From: Octopus vulgaris
Lineage: Eukaryota
Direction of reading: 5' to 3'
Length of the DNA stretch: 64,000 bases
Assembly: GCA_951406725.2 (NCBI GenBank)
Contig: OX597817.1
Span: 21,886,001 to 21,950,000 of the forward strand
Shown: positions 24,435 through 39,340 of the stretch, piece by piece
Numbering within the stretch: the first letter of the stretch is position 1
Layout of the letters: the number at the start of each line of letters is the position of its first letter
Notes under the pieces: model-generated
Databases searched by the model: none
Seen by the model: the letters and a program-made list of their open reading frames with translations, nothing else
What the model was told of the DNA's origin: nothing
Translations under genes and position numbers: made by a program

Positions 24435-25768
24435 TTCTCTCGCAGTTTGGCTCCTGTTTCTAACCGTTTTCCTCTGTTATTACACTCTTGTTCTATCATC
24501 CCATTCTTTCATCATCATTCTGTCGCTGTATCTGGTATCTCTCTCACCCTGTCTTATCTCTCTGTCTCACAGTCTTTATCTCTATTGAACCACCTCTTAC
24601 GTTCATATCAAGCTCTCCTTTCTGTCAGCCATTTTCACACGAACCTTTTTTCTAATATTTATCTAATATTTTTCCTTATTTTTGACCGTTCTAAATCGAA
24701 AGACAGTCTCGTCTATAATCTATATTTGTTTGATCTAATTTTTTGTGCCAGTCTTTTGTCATCAGCTTTGCTTTCAGTTGAAGGACATTTTTTTTATCAC
24801 CCTGCGTTTCCTTTTCTGTGAAACTTCGCTCTTAGTAGATGAAGAAAACCAAAATTTTCCCAGTACGGAAACTGTGAGGTTTCTTGGGTGAAAGTGGAAT
24901 GATGAAACAGAAATAGTTGTGTTCGTATTTTGTCAATTACATTAGTTGTTGTAAGCGTCTTTCACCAACATTTAAAATTTTCACTTCTTGTGTATACTGC
25001 GCTTTCTTTATGTATGTATATATACATATTTATACATACTCTTTACAATGATTTCTTAAGTCGGAAAAAATCAAATATTCACATATTAGTTAGAGTGTGT
25101 GAACTATTTATAGAATACGATAAGTTTAATCTCATAACAGCAAATATATTTTAACGGAAGGCTTCATGTTGAAAAACCACTTAAGTGTGTAACCTTAAGT
25201 GGAACATCATCCTTGGAAATGTATAGTGAATGTTTGATTAAACACATACTTAAATGAGTTTCATATTGGGAAATATTTTTGTTGTGTTCGGTTGAATGAC
25301 ACTATGTATGTTAGTACTTCTTAAGAGTTGACAGTTTCTTCAAAGACATAACTGTTTTGTTACAACCGAATATACTCCAAGACAGGCAGCATTCAAAAAT
25401 GCCAGAATTATTCACGGAGAAATGTTTTCAAATATTTAGAAGGGAAATGTTACCATCACAAAACTTGTGATTATGGTGGACTTAACTCAAGAATTGCGTA
25501 GTAATTTTTTCATTTTCCTTTGGAATACTTTCCGAAGTAACTTTTCGAAACATTACAACGTTATGATAGTGAAAGCGTATTCAGTACGTCCGTGCAAACT
25601 GAAATATCAATCCTACATGTATACACACGCACAAACATACACACACACGCGCAAACACACACAAACACACACACACATATATGTGTATGTGTTTACGTAT
25701 ATATACACACACATTGTGTTTGTGTGTGCTTTACGTGTGTGTATTTGTGCGCATATATATATATATAT

Positions 25769-25997
25769 TACTCTTTTTACTCTTTACTCTTTTACTTGTT
25801 TCAGTCATTTGACTGCGGCCATGCTGGAGCACCGCCTTTAGTCGAGCAAATCGATTCCGGGACTTATTCTTTGTAAGCCCAGTACTTATTCTATCGGTCT
25901 CTTTTGCCGAACCGCTAAGTGACGGGGACCTAACCACACCAGCATCGGTTGTCAAGCAATGCTAGGGGGACAAACACAGACACACAAACACACACAT

Positions 25998-26038
<41 letters not shown>

Positions 26039-26203
26039 TACGACAGGCTTCTTTCAGTTTCTGTCTACCAAATCCACTCACAAGGCATTAGTCGGCCCGG
26101 GGCTATAGCAGAAGACACTTGCCCAAGATGCCACGCAGTGGGACTGAACCCGGAACCATGTGGTTGATAAACAAGCTACTTACCACACAGCCACTCCTGC
26201 GCC
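25769..26203 (-). mobile_element. tRNA-derived SINE family A, full length, in (TA)n
   Basis: Reverse complement of the 17830-18255 element throughout. Confidence 0.9.
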
Positions 26204-27388
26204 TATATATATATATATATATAGGTGTGCATTATATATGTGAATAAGTGGGAATATGCGCTTTCGTAAATCAATATTAAAGCTGCAATAAATATTCAAA
26301 CATAAATTTCCAATTGCTGTCAACGGTTACCTGGTAGGTTTATACGAAAATTTGGCTAGTTGTTTCAACTTTGCGAAATTATTTATCGCTAAAATTAAAC
26401 GTGGGTGTTGAGTATAATTTTCGCATTAGCAACTTACTCTGTGTAAAAAATGTATTTGTGCAAAATGAAATTCTACAATAATTCACAAGATCTTTTATCA
26501 CGTGCTATAAATTCAATCTCTCATTCAACTTGGTGATTGAGAATATTCAAAGTACTGAAAACCATTCATTTTCTCCGTTTTCACTAGTATTCTTCCAAAC
26601 CCAATAATTTTCGAAATGTTGATTTTAGTGCAAATTTATTACGAGACGACACAAGAGAGCATCTACATGGTTACACGGCTCGCTAAACATGGCACTGAAT
26701 TTTTCACGAATGAATGTCCTACTAAAAGCAGGAACACAGTAGGAAATTTGGTACTATATACCAGGAATAGATTTAGGTTTCTCTTGCTTGAATACTTGCG
26801 AATATTTATCGACTTCATACGGGATGAATAACAAGGAAACTCATTCGGTGAACATCAAAAGAAATCTAATTAGGTTTGCTGGCGTCTGTTTTGCTGATTT
26901 CAGTAGAAATCCTGCAACAAAATCTATTATAACTGCTATAAAGGTTTTCTTAAAGAAAGATCAACCCACAGTTTATATCAATATTCTACGCTTGCTCATA
27001 TCTGTTCAGCCTTGATATGTTTGGTATATAAAGGCACAGAAATATATGAAGGCTATACAGGCAAAAGTCTAGGGAGTTATATATGAATGCAATCAAGTGT
27101 TAATCCGAAGAGATGCCTATGTCTGTCTAAAGCAATGATATTAGAAAGTTTTTAGGAACGAACTAGAATAAAACTCCACGAGTTGATAGTAATTAGTTTT
27201 ACACTACAAAGTAAATTAGGAGGAGGACGTCATCGTTTCGAGCAGCAGGACCTCACTGTCAAAAACAAGTAGAAAATAAAAACGCTAGTTGTAGTGGAGT
27301 TTATTTAATGATAAAGGTCACGCATGCTGTAGTTGTACTTTGTGTTCTTGCGGCTGAATTCTTTGAGATAAGTTATATATTTAAGAAG

Positions 27389-27645
27389 GTGGAAGCACGT
27401 GGCTTAGTGGGTAGGGTGCCAGCATCATGATCGTATGATTGTGGTTTCGATTCCTGGACCGGGCGACACGTTGTGTCCTTGAGCAAAACACTTAATTTCA
27501 CGTTGCTCCAGTCCACTCAACTGACAAAAATGAGTAACGCTGCGATGTACTGGCGTCCCGTCCACCTGGGGAAAATATACGCCATTGAAACTGGGAAACC
27601 GGGCCCACGAGCCTGGATAGGCTTTAAATGGTGCATTTATTTATT
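27389..27645 (+). mobile_element. tRNA-derived SINE (head D + tail 2)
   Basis: gtggaagcacgtggcttagtgggtagggtg...ggtttcgattcctggaccgggcg head, then a gtgtccttgagcaaaacact body, then a tail gagtaacgctgcgatgtactggcgtcccgtcca...gaaaccgggccc shared with 36321-36636. Confidence 0.8.
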
Positions 27646-28817
27646 ACATTTAAATATCTACGAATATTCCACCAAATTATAGAATGGAGAAATGTATAAT
27701 TCTTTCGTACGGTAATTTGGAGGGGTGTTCATGAATACTTTGCTATAAAAATAAACATTGTGTCACTCGTATTTTAAAAAAATATTAAAGTGAAGAAATT
27801 GCGCCAACCTCAAATATTATCTTCTCAGAAAATGATTGAGTCTCAAACAGTTTCAATATAATATGCTGATTTATAACTAACTTGTAGATGTACTGTATAA
27901 TATTATGACCCTGAATAGTATGCAATACACTCCCAAATTATAAAAGAAGTCAAACGAACCAGCACAGAACTTCTACGTAGTCATTCTAGCTGTTAGACAT
28001 AGCGCTTTAACTTCCCTCAAACTAAATTTGATCGTCTGATAAAACAAAATGGTCATTGAGTAGTCTACACATTTTCTTACAAAACAAGAGACTTACATTA
28101 TCTGTGAAGAAAGAGACACGATGTTCACAGAAGAAATGCCCCTGTCTTTTATCACGCGCATATTCAATCAGAGCTGACCTAGGGCCAAATAATATTAGAC
28201 ACTCTAAAAGTGTGTTTGAAATGATTATCATGACTCTTCCGCAGTGTAATTAACTAATATTTAAGCAATAAACCGTCAAGGTATTTGTTATTTACTTGTA
28301 CTTACAGATCTATAGCAATTCATGAGATAACCAATTAAGTAATTAAGCAACACAACATTTCCAGAAGACGTAATCATACTGTCTGAAACAGCGTCTCAAT
28401 CAGTTTTCTTTGTTTTATTGTTTTGGTTATGTATTATAATTTTTTTTTTGTTTTAATATATCATTTCATTTATATTTCATTGTCCATTTTCTTTTATCAA
28501 TGATCTGAGGAAAATGTTATTATACGTTGACATTTCTAAGATGAGCTATTGCCATTATAATTTACATTTCCTGAACTATTAACTTCCTCTTTGATATCTT
28601 TCTCTTTTGTACTGTACACTACATTTCGATCCGTCGCATGTCTAATCGTCTTCAAGTAACTTATATGTACGTAATCTATTACACAACACACAATTGCACA
28701 CGGTTTCAAATTACGTCTATGCGTATATTCGTATATATTTCGTATATATTTCCATAATTGTGTGTTGATTTGTAAATGTATATATATACATAATAGAAGC
28801 ATACACACACACACGCT

Positions 28818-28858
<41 letters not shown>

Positions 28859-28918
28859 GCATACTCATCTATACATATGTATATTAAAGTACGTACATGT
28901 ATACCATCTGTGCATAGG

Positions 28919-28967
<49 letters not shown>

Positions 28968-29038
28968 CGTATGCACACGTATACATACATTCACACAAAC
29001 ACATAATTATATATACACATGTATATATAAATATATAA

Positions 29039-29071
<33 letters not shown>

Positions 29072-29789
29072 AGCGTATGTTTGTGTGTGCACTCATCGAT
29101 AAGATATATATTCGTATGTACACCACGTTATAATTTACATGTCTTCTATGAGTGCATTTATTTTCGAATGATTAATATAAGTAATACATTGTACGACGGT
29201 TACTACTTCCGAATGTTTGTGCAAGGCACTTAAAACAGGAATTAGTACAAAACATAAATTTTCACTTCGTCAATAAGAAAGCGATAACAGAATATAATAT
29301 AATGTGCAATACCAATTTCCTTGGAAATTGGTATCAAGAAGTGTGTTTTAAAAACAATTACTGTATTTGGGTGACGTTTTAGCAGGATCTTGGAAATTGG
29401 GGAAAGAAATTTGGATGTGGATTCTCATTTTGACTCTGGAGATCTCATACATGTACTTGCAATGTTGTTGAATCTTCTAAAGACATCCAAGGTCCAGATA
29501 GTCTTTTTAAAATGATGGACAAATTTAGATATAATATCCTACATCGAACATCAGTATGGTTTCCTAATTATTTTGACATTGCTAAGGACTCAACCAATAA
29601 CCTAACTAAGACTATAATCTTTCTAAAACATTTGACATAAGCTGTAAGCTAGGCAAAAATCTATAAATGCTTTCTTAGTAAAAGTCCCAGAAACAGTATG
29701 CTATATGGTTCCTGATATTTACGCCAGAAAGAAATTTTCACACTGAATCAAACTTATGGAATAAGAAAAAGTAATAATGGTAATTTTCA

Positions 29790-29995
29790 AATATAGGCAC
29801 AAAACTAGAAATATGGGAAAAGAGATTAGTCAATTACATCGAAATTAGCCCTTGAATGGATCATTATTTACCGATCCAGAAAGGATGATATGCAAATTTA
29901 ACATCGACAGAACTTCAGCCCAGAATGTAACGAAATATAAGAAATATCGCTAAGATATTTTTTCGTGACTCATCATTGATTCTACCAGCTCACCG
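29790..29995 (-). mobile_element. Decayed SINE family C
   Basis: tagtcaattacatcgaaatt...ttttaccgatccagaaaggatg...gattctaccagctcaccg. The same motif order appears in other family C copies. Confidence 0.55.
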
Positions 29996-30002
29996 ATTCA
30001 AT

Positions 30003-30419
<417 letters not shown>

Positions 30420-30519
30420 ACCAGAATGAATGAACGCGACACTCTCAAAACTTAGCAATTCTAACCAAAAGTAATTGGTAAAATCCGCCTTACACTTAAG
30501 GATATAATTTCAGCTAATG

Positions 30520-30800
30520 ATGTAAAAGATGAAATTGCATGAATGTGGGCAGTACTGCCATTTATGTTGTTCTAGGGGCACTGGGAATATTAACAACCAC
30601 TCTTGGAGAAATTGGGATCCACATGTGTGTACAGCATGCTCAGGAACTTGCTTCATTGGAGATAATGAGTATTTTGAGATTGGTACTTAGGTGTCAAGTA
30701 TTGTAGAAAGAGACCTCGTGAGACTGTTGGAAACAGGATGTACCTCGCTGTTACAGATGTAATCGAAGCAAGTGAAATCGAGAGTTCTGAGAAGTGAAGT
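30520..30800 (+). mobile_element. Decayed R4/Dong-like (RLE) non-LTR retrotransposon 3' end
   Basis: KDEIA*MW...VVLGALGIL...QHAQELASLEIMSILRLVL resembles the RLE C-terminal IPIVIGALG...LQK.ALLGT..ILR.VL pattern. Confidence 0.55.
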
Positions 30801-31046
30801 GAAATGGAAATAACTATTCAGCAGAATGGGCTACTCGACCTGATGAAAGTTCTGAGGTCCATCTGCAAGATCATTCGTTGTTTATCATAATATTATATCA
30901 CTATGTCGTGCACGTATTGTTGTGATGCATGTTCCTGGTGTATCCTTATCCAAAGAGCAGTCATGATTGCAATATTTGTACCAAGTGTCAATATGAGTGC
31001 TTGTATATCCATCTCACTCCATAACAACAACAACAACAACAATAAT

Positions 31047-31612
31047 GCGAAGCACGAAATTGGCACAACACGTCTACAAAAGACGATATGGCAATGTTAT
31101 CTCCGTGGAAATCTCAACCTAAAAGGAGCAAAGACGTGGTATGAAAAAATCCCGAAAGGAGTCACCGAGAATGAAAATTGCAAAATCCTGTGAAATACAA
31201 TGATTCAGTGCGATCCCCTGTCCAGACATCGGAAGCCGGACATTGTTGTTGTGGGTAAAAAGAAACAACATGCATGGAAATCGACATGGCATGTCCCGGT
31301 GATAACAGAATCAACAAGAAAGAAAAAAACGGAACATCTACGACAATGTGAAGTGTGAGATAGGAAGGTTGCGGTCAATGGGGAGAGTAAACACGATACC
31401 AATAGTAATTGGTGCATTGGGATGCATCAACACTCTAATACCAAAAAGGTACAAATGTAAAGGTAGAACACCAACAAAAATCAGCCTGCAAATGCAAGAG
31501 TTTTTCGCAGGGTTCTTAAAGCTTGACCAGTAAACAAGGGACACCTTAGTCTACTGGCTGTGGACAGCTGACTTCTCCCATCAGAGCCAGCAAAATTAGC
31601 TGAGAGTTTAAT
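31047..31612 (+). mobile_element. R4/Dong-like (RLE) non-LTR retrotransposon fragment
   Basis: KTWYEKIPKGVTENENCKIL*NTMIQCD..RHRKPDIVVV..EIDMACPGDNRI..IPIVIGALG includes the PD..(D/E) restriction-like endonuclease motif. Bounded by (AAC/AAT)n and (ACT/AAT)n. Confidence 0.85.
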
Positions 31613-31657
31613 GAAATACTACTACTGTTACTACTACTACTACTACTAATACTAATC

Positions 31658-31709
<52 letters not shown>

Positions 31710-31712
<3 letters not shown>

Positions 31713-32411
31713 AATACACAAAATACAACAAGCAACTGCAAATAAATCAAGTAACTGCAAATAAAAAAAGTAACTGCAGAATATGCGGCGATGGGGAAGA
31801 AACACTAAATCCTGTTTTCTGTAGCTGCTCAGCGCTGACTAAGAGGACATACACCAATAGACATGACGAAGGAGGAACCGTCATACTCTGGAACGCTATC
31901 GAATGACAACAGAAAACACACATCCCACTAAAGGTCTCTGAAAATGACAAAGCAACCATACTCTGGTATATGGCAATACATACAGACGGAGAAATCAAGG
32001 CTTATTCACTGGATAATAGTTGTCAGGGATCACCAAAATTATACAAACTGCGCCTTCTAATCGATCTACCATTACCAACAGATGATACGCTGTATTTCTA
32101 AAACAAACGGAGAATCTCTCAAGATGTTATCTGGAAATAGAGCAATCCGGAATGTGGAGACTAAAAACAAGCAATTCCTATAATAGGTGCATTACATATG
32201 ATTAAGAAACATTTAAATGAAGGCATAACCAAAACACCAGGACTTATATATAACATACAGAAAATAGCACTACAAGGCACCGCGTACTTCCTGCGTAAAG
32301 CACTCTTAGTACAGTGAAAATAATAGCACCACAACAAGCCACAGCATATATCCGAGGCACACAGAGTATCTCTCGGTTGTACAGAGAAAGCACGTGATAG
32401 AAAAAGACTAA

Positions 32412-32412
<1 letters not shown>
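31710..32412 (+). mobile_element. R4/Dong-like (RLE) fragment with zinc-knuckle remnant
   Basis: NCRICGDGEETLNPVFCSCSAL...YTNRHD (CCHC-like plus RHD), then KVSENDKATILW and a C-terminus homologous to 32495-32820. Flanked by (AAT)n. Confidence 0.85.
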
Positions 32413-32492
<80 letters not shown>

Positions 32493-32496
<4 letters not shown>

Positions 32497-32818
32497 GAAA
32501 TGGAGAAACTCTCAAAATACAAAGACCTGGAAATAGAGGTAACTAGAATGTGGAACCTGAAAACAGAAACAATTCCTATCATAGTAGGTGCATTAGGCAT
32601 GATAAAAAAATATTCAGACAAATGCATAACAAAAACACCAGGACTTACAAACACATATAACATACAGAAAATTGCACTACTAGGCACTGCACACATCCTA
32701 CGCAGAACACTTTCCATACAATAACCATCAGAGCATCACAACAAATCACAGCACATACCCAAGGCACACAGAGCTGCGCTCGGTAGTGGAGTGAAAGCAC
32801 GCTATAAAAATAAAACTA

Positions 32819-32822
<4 letters not shown>
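32493..32822 (+). mobile_element. Young 5'-truncated R4/Dong-like element 3' end
   Basis: Uninterrupted EKLSKYKDLEIEVTRMWNLKTETIPIIVGALGMIKK...IQKIALLGTAHILRRTLSIQ* plus a 3'UTR ending aaaactactgaat. Embedded in (AAT)n on both sides. Confidence 0.9.
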
Positions 32823-32865
<43 letters not shown>

Positions 32866-33111
32866 CCACAGATCCCAACTGGTATTTAAATTTTTCGACC
32901 CCGAAAGAGTGAAAGGCAAAGTGAAGCAAATAATAAGAACAGCAGCAATAATAAATTAGTCTTGCAATCAAGAGTTTGCATGTCACAGTTAAACCATGAC
33001 GGATTTAGACCAAACAGGACATCAGACAAAGCATTACGGTACTAAGATTATCAAGCATAATAGCATAGCAATTGCTCAACTTTATCTTATGTGTATATAT
33101 ATATATATATA

Positions 33112-33519
33112 TACTCTTTACTCTTTTACTCTGTTACTTGTTTCAGTCATTTGACTGCGGCCATGCTGGAACTCCGATTTAGTCGAGCAAATCGACCCGG
33201 GACTTATTCTTTGTAAGCCCAGTACTTATTCTATCGGTCTCTTTTTGCCGAACCGCTTAGTGACGAGACATAAACACACCAGCATCGGTTGTCAAGCAAA
33301 GCTAGGGGGACAAACATAGACACACAAACATACACAAACACACACATATATACACATATATACGACGGGCTTCTTTCAGTTTCCGTCTACCAAATCCACT
33401 CACAAGGCTTTGGTCGGCCCGAGGCTATAGTGGGAGACACTTGCCCAAGATGCCACGCAGTTGGACTGAACCTGGAACCATGTGGTTGGTAAGCAAGTTA
33501 CTTACCACACAGCCACTCC

Positions 33520-33524
<5 letters not shown>
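33112..33524 (-). mobile_element. tRNA-derived SINE family A in (TA)n
   Basis: Reverse complement of the 17830 element, flanked by (TA)n. Confidence 0.9.
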
Positions 33525-33561
<37 letters not shown>

Positions 33562-34139
33562 GAGAAGTAATTAAGATTCTAAAGTTTATCGTACCTTCTT
33601 ATTCGGATAGGTACATACCGCTACGAAGCGACTGGTCTACTCTCCCTGGAAACAAATAATTTAAATAATTCAATAACTTATTTAGATTTTACTCTCACAT
33701 TCGTTATTGTTCCTTCAGAAGCATGCTATTGGTTACTCTGAAGTATCACGCCTGGTTCACTTTCATCGTTTCCTTTATGGAAATTTCCGACCCAAATCTG
33801 TACTCTATTCATTTTGTATATATACAAATGTGTATGTACGACAAGCTGATGATGAATGGTAGGTAGAGAGGTGTAGCCACGATTGTCCTCTTGATGTCAG
33901 AAAATTAAAGTCTTTTCTTAATTGCATGATAAATTTGGAGAATTCCTGGTTCTTGTGCTTCATTTCCATCCAATATTTAGGAATCGCTACTTGTTGCACC
34001 ATGCGATTTTTCCACTTTCCTTGGCGATGGATAGAATTTTAATAAACCAAAAATTCTACTTGCATGCTATTTAACATAACCTTACTTCTTCGTCTTTGTA
34101 CCTGTCTTATTGTACGTGTGCATGTAGGAGTGTGTGTCG

Positions 34140-34332
34140 TGAGCACCGCCAGCAAATATTTTTCCTCTGTCTTCCCTTCTGGGGATCTTTCCTTCTCCTT
34201 TGTTTCCGACGAAGAGCTCCGCTCGAAACGTTACACCTTCCTTCCATTCTTTCCTGAGCGTCCAATAATACTTTATTTGTTCTACGTCCTTGTTGGTGTG
34301 TTTTTTTTGTGTGTTTTCTTGCTTGGATTAAC

Positions 34333-34335
<3 letters not shown>
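34140..34335 (+). mobile_element. Penelope-like pseudo-LTR fragment ending in (TA)n, with hammerhead motif at 34202-34236
   Basis: GUUU-CCGACGA-A-GAGC(UCC)GCUC-GAAA-CG-UU-ACAC. Downstream ttcctgagc...taatac...ttgt is shared with 9289-9505. Left boundary approximate. Confidence 0.7.
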
Positions 34336-34378
<43 letters not shown>

Positions 34379-34480
34379 GGAATATACGTATGTGTGTGTG
34401 TGTTTGTGTGTGTATGATGCATATATGTACATATTTGTGTACATACATATATACATACAAAGAAATATGATTATATATAA

Positions 34481-34519
<39 letters not shown>

Positions 34520-34867
34520 CCTACATACATATATCTATATTTATAACTATATATATGTGCGTGCGTGGTGAGTATGTTCAAATGTGTATGAGATTGAGGA
34601 GTATGTGTTTCTGCGCGAGTGTGTATGTATAAAATGTGGAGTAAGAGTAAGAGAGAGATTTTAAAAAAGACGCGGAAAGATGAATGTGATAAAGTGTACA
34701 TAACGCACAAAGTGAGAATGAGAGCAAATAAAACTACACGATCAAAGAAAATCTAATGAGATATTTTCAGAATATTAAATATTTTACCCACCACTAACAT
34801 GAATGCTATTCAGATTTTAAAACGTGAATGTTTACAGACACACACTCCCACATATGTAGATATGAAC

Positions 34868-34953
<86 letters not shown>

Positions 34954-35556
34954 TTGAATGTGTGTTTGTGTATGCACATGTGTGTGCTAACGTGTGGCAG
35001 ATGAATTTCAGCAGTGACTGAGTCAGTGATGGCGAGAAATAGATAATAAAGATAGAAACTTCAATTTTCTGGCGATATATCATATTTATTATGTAAAATA
35101 ATCTCCGTTTAATTCCATCTCTCTCGATTCGTTTTAATTCTGTGTCAAATCTATAATATTCAGACTTTCGTCGAAAAATTAATCTCTTTCTGTCCATCTA
35201 AACGAAGCCTAGCTGACGGTTGGGTTTTCAATTATTCTCTCTCTCTCTCTTTGTCTTCTCATTAGCCGACTTATTTTACTCCTGACTTATACCAACCGCC
35301 CTATATACGCATATATTTACGCGTGTGAGTGTGTGTGGGTACGTGTATGTGTGTGTATGAGTGTGTGTATTTGTGGATGTGTGCATGTGTGTGTCTCTAT
35401 ATATATATGTGTTCATACATACACTCATAAAAGTACAAGATCACAAATAATGTAACGTAGACGTATTGCAATTAAGGAGACAAAATACTTATGTTTCTCA
35501 ATGCTTCAGTTTGTGTGTGTGTGTGCTAGCGCGCCCGTTTCTGTTTGAAACTCTCT

Positions 35557-35624
<68 letters not shown>

Positions 35625-36320
35625 GTGTGTGGACATTCGTAGTTTTGTGATTCTTGAACCCTCGTATTGAGATTGAACTAAAAAAATCGAAAGATTATTC
35701 TGATGCAGCGGAACAATTACCTACCAAGATAAGCTTCTAAAGCTTTTATAAGGACCTTCAATAAGTCTGCATTAATGCTAAACTCATCTTTACAATCTAA
35801 CAAAGCTTTTGTTTATTTCATACTTGCCACTGAGCTTACTTACAAACTCATGTTGTGTAGAGAAGGGTAACACATCTCAATATTGGTAACTCAGACTGGA
35901 TTAGATATTGGAAACCTCAGCAATTTTACATTATGTAAACTACCTCTTTGGTCTGTTACAACATGTAGTGTGATGTGGAAACTGGCCTTCATTCATTTTG
36001 AAACTACGCAACTCGATGTAAAGAAATGTGAATTATGATGTTCTATGAAGGAAATGAAACTGATTAACTTGCCAACTCCAACTGATTGTCGCTCTCATGT
36101 AATGAAATAATAGGGTGGTTACTGGGTATTCAGTTATGTGCTCAGATATCCAGCATAATACAGTGAGTGTTTAACGCATTCCTTGATACATTATCGCACA
36201 CAATAGTTCCGGTAGGCTATGAAATACATCGTCGATTTACTAAATCGGGGAAGACCTTTAGTTGATCAACAACTATAATAGATGAAATCTTCAGGAATTT
36301 TCTTCCATGCCAAATAGTCT

Positions 36321-36636
36321 GGAGGCGCAATGGCCCAGTGGTTAGGGCAGCGGACTCGTGGTCGGAGGATCACGGTTTCGATTCCCAGACCGGGCGCTGT
36401 GTTTGTTTATTGAGCGAAAACACCTAAAGCTCCACGAGGCTCCGACAGGGGGTGGTGGCGACTCCTGTTGTACTCTTTTGCCCCAACTTTCTCTCACTCT
36501 TACTTCCTGTTTCTTGAGTAACGGTGCGAAGGACTGGCGTCCCGTCCAGCTGGGGGGAACACATTTGCCACAGAAACCGGGAAACAGGGCCCATAAGCCT
36601 GGCTAGGTTTGAAAAGGGCGCATAAATAAAAATAAA
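36321..36636 (+). mobile_element. tRNA-derived SINE (head B + tail 2), 11-bp TSD
   Basis: Same head and body as 1685-2076 with a different tail. TSD ccaaatagtct at 36310-36320 and 36637-36647. A-rich 3' end. Confidence 0.9.
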
Positions 36637-37279
36637 CCAAATAGTCTAAAGGATTTAAGACATATAACCACCGGCATCCAACTATATTTACAAATATGCT
36701 TATATACATCTTCCATCTGTAAAACATACTAATCGCACTTCATTATTCGTTAAAATGTCGCCACACCTCTCCTCGAGTCTTTAAAATTTCCGATGTCAGC
36801 TATAACAATTATAAATATGCAAACAGTACAGGACACATATTTTTTTCTACTAGAGATCAATTTGAGTACCGATTTATGTTCTGTGATTGATTTCAGATGT
36901 TCAACGTCAGTTTCAGTATGGCTGTACATCCAATGCAATATCGAATAGTGAAAGTTTGTTGAAACATTCCTGTCAATTTCAGAATTTATGGCCATTGATG
37001 TAAGCTTGTCAAATTCTTCCTAGAACCACTTTTACAATGTTTCAAATCTTATAGCAGTCAAAGTATGTCAAATGTAATTCTCATCGTTAACCATCAAAAG
37101 ATTTCAATTTCAGATCTGATTATAACTTTTATTTGATGTTCAGTTCGGAATTCTGAATGTGTATTTGTTTCGAAAATCAATCAATAAAAATATGTTCAAT
37201 GTGTATTTGAGTGCGGTAGAAAGAGTGTACAGGTTAAAATAACCGTTATTCTGTTCTATATTTTCTTTTCGGGCTCCGA

Positions 37280-39340
37280 GGAGGTTAAAGCTGGCTGTGC
37301 TGAAACTCGGGTTCGTCACTCAAGTATCCAGAGGACATGTCATTTCACATCCTTGCAATTCTCTCGTTATCCGGGCTACATAAATCGCAAATACTCCAGT
37401 TTTCATAGAACTAACAAGTTGTTATAACTAAGAATAGAACTAGTGAAAAATTAGCAATCATCTCTTTCTTTCACTACATCTTAGACTTATTTGATAAAAT
37501 GCCGTACTTTGTTGAGGAGTGGAATCACCTATTGGAAGACACCATCATCTCAGCAGCTCTGCCACTCTTCAAGGTTATTTTTGGTCGCGTCGACTTTGTC
37601 AGTATAAGTAAGCACTAATCAATTGGGGGATCTGTGAAAACTCGGCTAATTCATTGTCGTGAAGCAGAGTTAGGGTTACAGGTAATAGAATGTGCCTTGC
37701 ATCAACACTGTTCATTACATTCCCTTCTGAATGTCCTATTTAAAATTTCGTATTATTCTTCTCAGCTTTCGCGTACTGTTGAATAACGAGCTACCAAATT
37801 TTCTTTGACCATTTCAGTGGCACGTTCTTTCTCCATAATATTGTAAATGTTACAAAGCACAGTCTCCTTCTCAGTGAGTACCCGTGTGATGACTAATCAC
37901 CGGCAGAAATATTATAATTTGTTACCATCAATTCTCGTTCATCAAATGCAGATGAATCATATGCCCTTATTCCTTTCTTCTTCAACTTAGGGATCTTCTC
38001 GAGACAAACCACTAGTGCGTTATCTGCATTAAGGAAGCGTTGATACCGATCAGTTTTCCTTTCTGTTCTCCCTCATATAACGGAAACTTGTTTTGCATTT
38101 TTACAGCATACGCCATTTGCGCTCCAAGCTCATCGAAACTATTTCTATGTGTACTTCATTGTCTTAAGGGTTCCTTTTCCTTGTTTCTCGGAACGAATCT
38201 CACTTATTTGTTGCAACAATTCGATGAACTAAGCCATTTGAAGCAAAAGGACAATAGACATGTCTACACTTCTTGCAAGTCAGAGATAATTCACTCTGTT
38301 CTGTGTTATAGGAGTGGGAGCCATATTCAAAGTTATATACTCTTCTTGATCAGCGTATTAGGAGCTAGCTCAGAATTGTCCTCCGTCGCCATGAGTAGAG
38401 GCGTCCAACTTCCATTGGTTTCCTCATCATACCCGAAGAGTTAAGCTCGATAAGAATACCGAAGTCATCTTCTGAACTTCCATCAATAACTCTGAGAATT
38501 ATGTAGGTCATTTTCTAGCTATCCACATTAGTGTGAAAAGATAATATTAGAATGGAATCAGGACCTAATATCTACCAGATTTTTATTCATTTCGAAGGCA
38601 GATGCAATGATGAGATCTGATTTACGTGTGACATAGATCATTGTTCTTTGAAATGCCTGTTTCTCTATAAATCCGACCCTTCTAATAGGTCTTTGAGATT
38701 CATTCCTCTAAGCTGGCACAAAGTTCGCAGACTAGTGAGGCATCGCTCTGGATTTCTTCACGTACAATCCAATATATCTGGACGTCATTTGTTGCTGCTC
38801 TTTCCTAATCTGATAAATTTGAAAGGTCATCGTAGTTTTGGATACACTTTAGCAATTTCACTTTATGCCCTAGATTGTACATTTCAAATAACCCCCACCT
38901 CAATAGGTTTGAAATAGCGTCTTATTCAGGTGTCTAGTGATTTAACATATCTTCTTGTTACTTTGTACTTCTGACAGACAATATAAAATCTGTATTCTTG
39001 AATCTAAACGGCTTTCAATAGTAGGCAAAGAGCATTGAGAGGTTGCTTCTCCTACTCATGCTATCCTATCGAAGGAGTACCATTTCCGCAAATTGCAAGA
39101 GAGTACCTGATAAGACATCAGCCCTAGTGAGAGTAGTTATATTCGAGGGATGTCTTGCAAACGGTAGACCTAGGTGGCACTTAACGCCATCCCAATTATT
39201 TTAGTAAAGAGATACACCAAGACTAAAACCATTGAATGTATGAAACTTTTATTGCCACTGTCCTCCATGACATCTGGTCCCAGAGAAACATTTAACTCCG
39301 CAATAACTCAAACACTGCGACTAGGAAAAATGGTTTTCAA
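37280..39340 (-). mobile_element. Heavily decayed non-LTR retrotransposon (probably RLE-type) RT region
   Basis: Minus strand has scattered remnants in the expected order: W.ILGPDSI (cf. WKAPGPDGI), RAYDS (cf. KAYDS), GLPIGDS (cf. GIFQGDS). Many stops. Boundaries approximate. Confidence 0.45.
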
